Shown here: piece after piece, positions 38,104-46,632 of the stretch
How positions within the stretch are numbered: position 1 is the first letter of the stretch
Layout: each line of letters begins with the position of its first letter
From: an uncultured Acidobacteriota bacterium
GTDB lineage: Bacteria; Acidobacteriota; Blastocatellia; Pyrinomonadales; Pyrinomonadaceae
Assembly: GCA_963789185.1 (NCBI GenBank)
Contig: CAWBJU010000020.1
Span: 47,304 to 111,303, forward strand
DNA length: 64,000 bases
Direction: 5' to 3'
Notes under the pieces: model-generated
The model's input: the letters and a program-made list of their open reading frames with translations, nothing else
What the model was told of the DNA's origin: nothing
Databases searched by the model: none
Position numbers and translations under genes: made by a program

Positions 38104-39408
38104 ATGCGCATCGTAATCAACACTTTTGGATCGTTCGGCGATCTTCATCCCTACATGGCGCTTGCCGGGGAGCTGCGCGCGCGGGGGCATGTTCCGGTCA
38201 TAGCGACAATGGAGTTATACCGCGAGGGGATCGAATACGCGGGTTTCCAGTTCGCACCCGTGCGGCCGAACATACCTCCGCCAAAAGAGCAGGACGAGGA
38301 ACTGATCGCGAAGATCATGGAACCCCGAACCGGTCCGCAGTTTCTGATGGAACAGATCGTGTATCCCGCTGTTCGTGGTGCTTACGAGGATTTGCTGATT
38401 GCAATCGATGGCGCCGACCTGTTGATAACTCATCCGGCAGCGCCGGCTGGTCCGCTCGTTGGTCGAAAGACGGGCATGCCGTGGATCTCGACCGTACTCG
38501 CGCCGCTCTCGTTTTTCTCCGTCTACGATCCGCCAATTCCTCCGGTTATGCAGTGGACCACAAAAGTGTTCAGCCTGCTCGGGCCGCGGTTCCTGAAGTT
38601 GTTTTTCGACGTAATGAAGAGCGAATACAAAGCGAAGCCCGTAGCTGAGTTTCGTGAAGAGCTTGGTCTGAGCGACTATGGCAATCCGATGTTTGAGGGA
38701 CAACACTCGCCGCTTCGAGTGTTGGCGATGTTCTCGAAGATCTTCGCCGCCCCGCAACCTGACTGGCCGCCACAAGCCGAGGTCACGGGCTTCTGTTTCT
38801 ACCATGACAGTCACGAAGCGACATTCCCGCCGGAGCTGTCGGACTTTCTCGACAACGGCCCGCCGCCGATCGTTTTCACGCTCGGATCTTCGGCAGTGTG
38901 GGTCGGGCGCGAGTTCTACCGCGAAAGCATCGAGGCCGCGAAGCAGTTGGGCCAACGTGCGGTCTTGCTGATTGGTGACGAACGCAATCATCCCGGCGGT
39001 AAGCTGCCGGACGGCATAATCGCCGCCGACTATGTTGCTTATCAATCGCTCATGCCGCGCGCGAGTGTTGTCATTCATCACGGCGGCGTCGGCACAACGT
39101 CACATGGCTTACTGGCAGGAGTGCCGACGTTGATCGTTCCGTTCGCGTTCGATCAATCAGACAATGCTGCGCATGCGGAGCGTCTCGATGTGAGTCGTAC
39201 TGTTTACCGGAACAAGTATCGTTTGCCGCGTGTCGCGAAGGAGTTGCACAAGCTGTTACGCGATCCGTCGTACGCGCAGAGAGCATGCGAGGTGAGCGCG
39301 CAGTTGAAACAGGAAAACGGGCCTGCGCGTGCAGCGGATCTGATCGAGCAAGTGCTGGACGGCTCACCAAACAGGATCGAGGAGCTCGCATATGCTTCTG
39401 GCGATTGA
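38104..39408 (+). CDS. GT1-family glycosyltransferase (MGT / UDP-glycosyltransferase-like)
   Basis: MRIVINTFGSFGDLHPYMALAGELRARGH and HHGGVGTTSHGLLAGVPTLIVPFAFDQSDNA. Confidence 0.85.
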   Translation: MRIVINTFGSFGDLHPYMALAGELRARGHVPVIATMELYREGIEYAGFQFAPVRPNIPPPKEQDEELIAKIMEPRTGPQFLMEQIVYPAVRGAYEDLLIAIDGADLLITHPAAPAGPLVGRKTGMPWISTVLAPLSFFSVYDPPIPPVMQWTTKVFSLLGPRFLKLFFDVMKSEYKAKPVAEFREELGLSDYGNPMFEGQHSPLRVLAMFSKIFAAPQPDWPPQAEVTGFCFYHDSHEATFPPELSDFLDNGPPPIVFTLGSSAVWVGREFYRESIEAAKQLGQRAVLLIGDERNHPGGKLPDGIIAADYVAYQSLMPRASVVIHHGGVGTTSHGLLAGVPTLIVPFAFDQSDNAAHAERLDVSRTVYRNKYRLPRVAKELHKLLRDPSYAQRACEVSAQLKQENGPARAADLIEQVLDGSPNRIEELAYASGD

Positions 39409-40154
39409 CGCGGGTAACACGCATATCAAGGTGGGCGTCTATCAAGGGCCGCAATTGCTGGCGAAGTGGCGAATGATTCCGGAGAACTTCGGCCCGTTGG
39501 ACGAGTATGGGACAGAGGTGGTACGCCTGTTTGATCGCTCGGGCCTCGACGCCAAAAAAGTCGAAGCAATCATCGTCGCGAGCGTCGTTCCGCGACTGAA
39601 CCCCGGGCTGCAACTGATGTCGGATCGTTATTTTCAGTTGACGCCGAGCTTTGTCGATCACACCACCAACACAGGCTTGAAGTTACTTTACGATCAGCCT
39701 TCAGAGCTCGGCGCGGACAGAATCGTCTCCGCAGTTGCTGCGGTTGAGAAATATGGTGTGCCTTGTATAGTCATCGACTTTGGAACGGCGACGACATTCA
39801 ACGTAGTCAATTCGCAGCGCGAGTTTCTCGGCGGCATCATTGCGCCGGGGATCATGACCGCTGCCGAAGCGCTGTTTTCTCGCGCCGCAAAACTTCCGCG
39901 TGTTCTGATCGAGCGTCCGGAGAAACTCATCGGTACGTCAACCGTCGAAGCGATGCAATCGGGGCTGTTTTATGGTTATACGAGTCTGGTTGATGGTCTG
40001 ATCAGGCGTCTGATGGCCCAAGATATGAGCGCGGCTACGGTGGTCGCCACCGGTGGTCTTGCTCATCTCATGCAAGGTGCTTCGGAGTCATGCGTACCAA
40101 ATCGACGAAAACCTGACACTCGACGGCTTACGAATCATTCACGAAAGAGCTTGA
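39392..40154 (+). CDS. coaX: Type III pantothenate kinase CoaX with an apparent frameshift about 20 codons before its end
   Basis: LLAIDAGNTHIKVGVY, GADRIVSAVAA, IDFGTATTFN, VVATGGLAHL. The family C-terminus YQIDENLTLDGLRIIHERA-stop (40095-40154) is in a different frame from the N-terminal part. The ORF track instead shows a 482-aa fusion with the next gene. Confidence 0.8.
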
Positions 40155-40840
40155 ACTACTTCAACTATTTCACCGAGATTGAGGACGCATTCGTCAGGCG
40201 ACGCGCTAAGCATCTCTTTCTCAGCCCGTTGGACTGGGCGCTGATGGAAACCTGGAAGCAGCAGGGAATTCCGTTGCACATCGTGTTGCGTGGGATTGAA
40301 CGATCGTTTGATTCGTATGAGTCGCGGCCGCGCAAGCGATCGGTGAAGACGCTGCTTTACTGTCAGGAAGAAGTCGAAGCGCAATACGCTGAATGGCTCG
40401 AGTCGCGCGTCGGCGCTTCAGAGCAGACGGACGCGCCTGACTCAAACGAAACTAAATTTTCCGCGACCGCAATCAGTGAACACTTACAACGCTGCCATAG
40501 CGAGCTGATTCGCTTATCGCAGTCCAGAAAACAAGATGATCTATCGGAGGCACTCACGCGGGCTGCCGCTCTGTTACAGGAAATTCAGGAAGATACGGTT
40601 CTCGACACGCGCCGGCTCGAAGACTCACTCACCGGCCTTGAGCGAATGCTGACCGACGCGATTCTCAAAGTGATCACCACCGCGGATCTCGACGCACTGA
40701 AGAGTGGCGTTAAAGATCAGCTCAAACCGTATCGCAGCCAGATGGAAACTGCCGTTTACAATCAAACCTTCGATAACCTTCTGCTAAAGCGTTTGCGGGA
40801 GCAATTTGCGGTGCCGCGACTCAGCCTGTTTTACGTTTAG
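40151..40840 (+). CDS. Hypothetical protein (helical), in frame with the frameshifted coaX
   Basis: A TTG at 40151 overlaps the coaX TGA (TTGA). Sequence NYFNYFTEIEDAFVRRRAKHLFLSPLDWALMETWKQQGIPLHIVLRGIE...; no family recognised. Confidence 0.5.
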   Translation: MNYFNYFTEIEDAFVRRRAKHLFLSPLDWALMETWKQQGIPLHIVLRGIERSFDSYESRPRKRSVKTLLYCQEEVEAQYAEWLESRVGASEQTDAPDSNETKFSATAISEHLQRCHSELIRLSQSRKQDDLSEALTRAAALLQEIQEDTVLDTRRLEDSLTGLERMLTDAILKVITTADLDALKSGVKDQLKPYRSQMETAVYNQTFDNLLLKRLREQFAVPRLSLFYV

Positions 40841-40848
40841 AAAGATCT

Positions 40849-42025
40849 GTGTTATGCGTGTTTCCGATCATGGAAATACGTATTGAGCGGATTCTGCCGG
40901 GCGGCGTCGGCTTGGCCCATGCAGAGGGTAAGACGGTCTTAGTTTCACTTGCTGCGCCTGGAGATCATCTACGCGTGCAGGTTGAACGCGAGCAGGGGAG
41001 CGTTCTGTTTGCATCCGTGGTTGAGGTCCTCACGCCGTCGCCGGTCCGCGTTGAGCCGCCGTGTCCGTACTTTGGCCGCTGCGGCGGTTGCGACTTTCAA
41101 CAACTCACATACGAAGCACAACTCGCCGCGAAAGCCGGCATCATCTCAGATTGTTTGCAACGCATCGCGCGGCTGGACGAGGTGCCGGAGATTACCGTGC
41201 ATCCGTCTCCGAATAACTGGCGCTATCGAGTGCGGGCGACGTGGCAGATCGATCAGGAGAAGAGCGAGATCGGCTATTACGAGCGTGGTTCCCGACGTGT
41301 TTGCGACGTTGTGGATTGTGCGGTGCTGATGCCGGAGTTGCAGGAAACACTCGAACGAGTGCGAGCGACGGATTGGGAAGAGTTTCCGCCGGATCTCAAG
41401 CATCTCGATGCGGTTACGGGCGAGAATGGGGTTTCGTTATCGCCGCCGTTGGGCGAGTTTGAGACGAACGAGCTGAGCATGCGAGTTGGGAACGAAGTTT
41501 ATCAGTACAACGCCGAGTCGTTCTTTCAGATCAATCCCGCGCTGTTGCCGGACTTGCTTGAGTTTGCGTTGAGCGAGGCCGGTGGTGAGACTGCGTTGGA
41601 TCTTTACTGCGGAGTTGGACTTTTCACACTGCCGCTCGCGAGACGTTTTGAAAAGGTGGTGGCAGTAGAAGCAAATGCGGTCGCCACACGGTTCGCGCGC
41701 CGAAATTTGGACCAGGCAGGGTTGACGAATGCGCGCGTGTTGACGGCGACCGTCGCGGGTTGGATCCGATCGTATTCGAATGGCGAGGTCTGATTTTGTC
41801 CTTCTTGATCCACCGCGAGCCGGTGCTGAGTCCGTCGTGATCAAAGGGATAGTTGATCTACAGCCAAAACGTATTTCCTACGTTTCCTGCGATCCAGCAA
41901 CGCTCGCTCGCGATCTGAAGAAACTAATCGCTGGTGGTTACACGATTGATTCAATAGCCGGGTTCGATCTGTTTCCGCAAACTCATCATGTGGAGACAGT
42001 GGTCCTGTTGCGATCGTTACGGTAG
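40849..42025 (+). CDS. rlmD: RlmD/TrmA-family RNA (uracil-C5)-methyltransferase, split by a frameshift near 41783-41793
   Basis: TRAM-like N-terminus, Fe-S motif CPYFGRCGGCDFQQL, SAM motif LDLYCGVGLFTLPLA (ORF 40849-41793). LLDPPRAG, YVSCDPATLARD and FDLFPQTHHVE follow in the next frame (ORF 41780-42025). Confidence 0.8.
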
Positions 42026-45000
42026 TTCTGAACAAGTCTTCCGGTATGCTCCGAGATTACTAGCGACGTGCGTGTTCCACTCGTCGATAGTCAGGTTGCG
42101 TATCAGCCGCGAGCACGCCTCGTATCGGAGGTTGTCTGTTACCGGCTCTCGCAGTTTGAAGACGTTGATGAAATTATCCGCGCCAGTCGTAACTACGAAA
42201 TTCGGATTGCCGAAAACGAAACGCCGTGGACGCGACTTGTAAATGAGGGATTCGACTTCTGTAAAGGAAGAGCCATTGTACTCCCAGATTCGTGAAACGT
42301 TGTCCCCGGGGGCGATGAAATATTTGCCATCCTCACTTTCAAGAATCGGGCTATTGACGTCATATTGAATGCCCGTGTCTTTCGTGTCGGAGACAATGTC
42401 CCACACGAGAATACTTCCGTCCGAGGCTGCTACTAGAAACTTACTGTCAGCGGAGAACCATATTGGATACGGTCCTTTGGCGCTCTGATAACGCCTGATC
42501 GGTGTCGCAGTCTCAACATCCCAAAGTTTTAAATCCCCACTACTTCCCAATGCGGTTGTCGCGAGGTAGCGGCCATTGTGGCTAAGGGCAATCCAAAACT
42601 GATTTGGGTTGTCAACGTTTATTTTTATCGAATAAGACAACCGTGCCGAACGGGAGATATTTCGCAGGACGTGGACACTGGAACTGCCATCCGTTACTGC
42701 AAGGTGCTGGCTGTCGCCACTAAAGCGCATGAGATTTACGGGCGCGGTGGAAGTGAACTCTAACGGTGACGCGCGTCTGTCACTATCTCTGAGATTCGTT
42801 AAAAGCAAACGATTGCCGCTGGCAGTCGCGAAGTATGTCCCATCGGGACTAAAGGCCATCCAGCGGAGCGGATTATTGCTCTGTTGACCCATGAGAACTT
42901 TCCCGGTAGTCGCTTCGCGCACCTCCACTACACTGCCAGATCCTTGAATTACCGAATCAGCCAGATACCTCGCATCGGTACTGGGTAGGAATGTACGTGA
43001 TCCCTCGAAGGGAATGCGGATGATTGTTTCGCCCGTCGAAAGATCGTTCAGTTGCGCTGTCCCGGTATCTGGTAATAATTGGCCGGAGCCTATCGGTACT
43101 CCTGTTACGGAAAGCACCTGCGAACCACTGGGAGCGAGCGCGAGATTGAGGACATAGGTCTTGATATCGATGCTTGCGATTTTTCGTGGCAGACGGGCGA
43201 GATTGGTTTTGAGAAGAGACTCAGCTTTTGCGTTGGCTGCGACCTGTTGAGCTTCGACGGCGAGCAATAGCCCTAGTTGAAACTGGTCCGGCGATAGTTG
43301 CGATGCTGTCGTCGCCGAGGCGATCTGTGTTTCGGCGATTGACGCGATGCTCTCCGCCATTCTCGTTTTATCGGAACTTTTCTTTAGGAAATAGCCACCG
43401 ACAGGCGCGACCAGTACAAGCGCAAACACAATCACATATGCCGTGATGAACAATTTAAAACTCGTTCGGATATAAGCAGCTTCGTCGGTGCTCAAGAACA
43501 TGCGATGGCTCCTGTACCATCGAGTGGCGTTCCATAACCGGCGTCCCGTCATTAGATCGAACCAGCGTCTACCGTGTTCCTTCCATTGGGCCATGCTGGA
43601 TCGCAAATCCTGTCGCCACAGCATCAGATCCCGATTCTCAACGATCCAGCGATCCAACGTGGGCCAACTTCGCAGTAGTTCCTCGTCCTTCACTTCAACT
43701 GTCGTCTCGCCGCTCTGGTCATCCTTGCTCACCGTCACCACTCCGGCATTAGCAAATTTCTGGATGACCGGATTGCTGTCCGCACTAAGCTGCTTTAGCG
43801 GTACGCGTACTTTGCTGTTCTCGATGTTTTCTCCTGGTCGAGGTATGCGAACTAGTCGCATCCACAACAGGCGAGCTTGTTCGCGTTCTTCCTCGTTGAG
43901 ACTGCGCAAAGTCGATTCGGCGCGACGTAGCGATCCCTCAAGTGGGCTCTCGGCACTCTCGTCAAATGCGGCGGTTACGGGAAAGCGGACGTTTTTCGCC
44001 GCGGCGCCACCATCGTCTGCGGCACCGGTCGCACGCGCCAATTCGGGTACGCTGGCAAAGTCCTGCAAGACAGCGTCTCTGTTTTCCGGCGAAATCAGCG
44101 GAACGAATCCTGTCACCTCCCGCTCCGTAATCTCCGTGGCGATCCGTGTGAAAGCTGCCAGACAGGTATTGGGATCTCTGGGGTCATCCTTGAATACAGC
44201 TAAAATCTCTTCGTAGGAGAAATAGGGAATGTATGGAACTGTCACTGCTCCCCAATAGGCCCGTCGGTCGAGAACCCTCTTACGGTACAGGAAAGGATCA
44301 AACTTGCGTCGAGCGTATGCGCGGCGCATTTCGAGTTTGTCCCTTTCGCTTTGGTCCACCCGCATTGGTACCGGAAAGATCTTGAATAGATGAGGGCTAA
44401 GATAGAACCAGTCGGCAACAGACTGCTCTTCCTCGCGCGGAAAGAGCAATGACGAAATAGAATACTGGTCAGAGCGCTGATCAAATACGCCTTGGGTAAT
44501 AGAGGCCGCTCCTTCAATACTCTGATTGTTCAAGGTAAAGCACACTACCAGCGTGTCGGGTAGTTGAATGGTACAAATGCCCGATGTGTCGCTTACACCG
44601 GTACGACTATCAACCAAGATGTAGTAGTATTGCGAGCGCATGTTGATTTTTAGTTGTTCGATGAACGCGCAGCCTCCTAAAACATAGTAGAACTTCTGCC
44701 AGTTAATAGCGGAGAACCGCTGGCCGTAGTCAGGTCCCTGTCGGCCCGCTGGAATAAAGTCGAGTTGGCCTCGGTCAAACTTCCAGTTAAGAGAGATCAC
44801 GTACGGATCGATATCTGTCTTAGGAAGAAACGAATCAGGCGCCAGTTTCTCGCCTTTCTCGAGCGGCGTGATGGCTTCAAGGATGAAGTCGCTAATGAGA
44901 TCCACGACACCGGGGGAGGATGTTAGTTCATGGTCAACCAGGAAGGGGCGAAAGTAGCGTTGCAAACGCGGAGCTTCGAGGTCCCAATAGACCACCAGCA

Positions 45001-45115
45001 CTCGCTTCGAATTTGAAGCGAGAATACAGGCGATGTTGGCCAAGGCCATTGAGCGGCCGGTCCCGCCTTTATATGAATAGAACGTGATGATCTTGCCCTG
45101 TTTGGCGTCGGTCAA
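42017..45115 (-). CDS. Giant ParA/MinD-like ATPase (KGGTGR variant Walker A) fused to a helical module, one TM helix and a WD40-like beta-propeller
   Basis: ITFYSYKGGTGRSMALANIA at the N-terminus. Middle TVEVKDEELLRSWPTLDRWIVENRDLMLWRQDL. TM FKLFITAYVIVFALVLVAPVGGYFL. Blades FSPDGTYFATAS, FSGDSQHLAVTDGSSSVHV, GDLKLWDV, FSADSKFLVAASDGSILVWDI, NVSRIWE. TTG start with AAGGAG 7 nt upstream. Confidence 0.8.
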   Translation of the reverse strand: MTDAKQGKIITFYSYKGGTGRSMALANIACILASNSKRVLVVYWDLEAPRLQRYFRPFLVDHELTSSPGVVDLISDFILEAITPLEKGEKLAPDSFLPKTDIDPYVISLNWKFDRGQLDFIPAGRQGPDYGQRFSAINWQKFYYVLGGCAFIEQLKINMRSQYYYILVDSRTGVSDTSGICTIQLPDTLVVCFTLNNQSIEGAASITQGVFDQRSDQYSISSLLFPREEEQSVADWFYLSPHLFKIFPVPMRVDQSERDKLEMRRAYARRKFDPFLYRKRVLDRRAYWGAVTVPYIPYFSYEEILAVFKDDPRDPNTCLAAFTRIATEITEREVTGFVPLISPENRDAVLQDFASVPELARATGAADDGGAAAKNVRFPVTAAFDESAESPLEGSLRRAESTLRSLNEEEREQARLLWMRLVRIPRPGENIENSKVRVPLKQLSADSNPVIQKFANAGVVTVSKDDQSGETTVEVKDEELLRSWPTLDRWIVENRDLMLWRQDLRSSMAQWKEHGRRWFDLMTGRRLWNATRWYRSHRMFLSTDEAAYIRTSFKLFITAYVIVFALVLVAPVGGYFLKKSSDKTRMAESIASIAETQIASATTASQLSPDQFQLGLLLAVEAQQVAANAKAESLLKTNLARLPRKIASIDIKTYVLNLALAPSGSQVLSVTGVPIGSGQLLPDTGTAQLNDLSTGETIIRIPFEGSRTFLPSTDARYLADSVIQGSGSVVEVREATTGKVLMGQQSNNPLRWMAFSPDGTYFATASGNRLLLTNLRDSDRRASPLEFTSTAPVNLMRFSGDSQHLAVTDGSSSVHVLRNISRSARLSYSIKINVDNPNQFWIALSHNGRYLATTALGSSGDLKLWDVETATPIRRYQSAKGPYPIWFSADSKFLVAASDGSILVWDIVSDTKDTGIQYDVNSPILESEDGKYFIAPGDNVSRIWEYNGSSFTEVESLIYKSRPRRFVFGNPNFVVTTGADNFINVFKLREPVTDNLRYEACSRLIRNLTIDEWNTHVASNLGAYRKTCSELP

Positions 45116-46430
45116 GAGGGAGCTCCTTCAGTAGACTTGTGTGCCATGATGGGTCTGGTTATTTCAGTTTCAATCCGCCGCGGTATGGTGTCCTTTGTCG
45201 CCTTCTCCATCACGCCCTTACCCACCTGAGTCTGGAGTTGTTTGAGGGCGTCTTTGAGCCGATCTTCCAAGTCACGCCTGGATTCGATCGAATCGTAAAA
45301 GAAAGGCAAACCAGCCTTACCAAACATAGACCAACGTCGAAATATATTGTTGCGCACAAAGTCGAGTAACACGTCACGCCTTGCGAAGGTCTGTGGATCG
45401 CTGTTGTTAAGTGGAATGATGACGCTGCAATTGAAGTAGTTGTTGCGGTCAAAGGCTTGCAAGAATCTGCTGATAGGTGGGTAGCTCTGCGGTCCAACAA
45501 TCGACGAATAGCACAACAAGACTACCATCGTCTTCAGCGTCACGGACTTCTTTGGCTAAAGTTGGACCGAACGGCAGTTCATCGCTAAAAATGCCGACAT
45601 CAAGCGCACTCTTTTGGGCTACCAACATAATTGCAGTCGGATCCTCGTCGTAATATGGTTTCCATTCCGGGCCACCGATCTTAATGTAATACTCTGGCGC
45701 GCGTACCCTGCCGGAAACTCGGTGGGATTGCCGGCTACGAACACAAATCGAACATACTGTGGACCTCTGAGACGCGCGGATGGAACAGGCAGCGGCGCTG
45801 GTACACGGCCGTCGTCAGGATGGAAAGCACTGTCGATCTGTTCCAAAGTGGTGAAATTCGACAGCGGCGGTAAGTTGAAATTACGGGCGGCGAGAATCTC
45901 CCTCTTAAGGCTCTCCATGAAGGGTTCATAACTATCTGCGTACGAGTTGTAACGCTTCCCCATCTGCTTCAGTCCAATTTTGTTATGGTTAGCTTAAGGA
46001 TAGCCTATGTAATACTGCCAGCGGCTAATAGCGTAGGGCGCAGTCTGGCTGTCCCCAAGAGGAATACAAATGACGGGTTTGATTACAGGTGGATAGTTGA
46101 CATCTTGTCAGTTTGCCAGAGCGTTGTTGACGTATAACTCCTGGCGCGGCAGAAAACCTCCCATTCTTTTCCGCAATAAGTGCTATTAAAGTAAGCCGGT
46201 GAGTACATGCTGACTATTACAGGACATGTTTGTAGCGAGTCGTTGAGTTCCGCCTCCCAATCGCCGCAGAGTTTGATTTCAGGCTGATCAAAAAAACCTA
46301 CGGCTTCATTTGCATCGAGACCCAACTGGTCGCGAATCCGTTGGGAAAGATCCTCAAAGAATTGATTAAGGTAGTTGTCATTAGCGTTAGCTCTTGCATA
46401 GCTAAAGAAAAATAGGTGGGGCATATTCAA
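45112..46430 (-). pseudogene. Decayed TIR-like gene (FxsC-like architecture)
   Basis: The N-terminal piece (46083-46430) reads HLFFFSYARANANDNYLNQFFEDL...GFFDQPEIKLCGDWEAEL...VSMYSPAYFNSTYCGKEWEVF, which is TIR-like. The reading frame then changes near 46150. It carries an in-frame TGA (46108-46110) and TAA (45994-45996), shifts again near 45708 and near 45460, and ends at 45112 in a TTGA overlap with the ATPase gene. Confidence 0.7.
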
Positions 46431-46632
46431 AAAGCCTCCAGACTAATGCACCGCGGAAGGTGGAGCTGAGTCATAAGGCATGCCCGAGAGCGGTGTTTTG
46501 AGGTAGCGAAAGCGTAGAATGAGCTTTCAGGCTTGTCAACTAAATAACTCTAATAGTTGTTGAGTTGGTTTTTGTGAAAGTATCATGTAGTATGACGAAA
46601 AAGTAGTTTAAGTTTTTAGTTGGGTAGAATTG

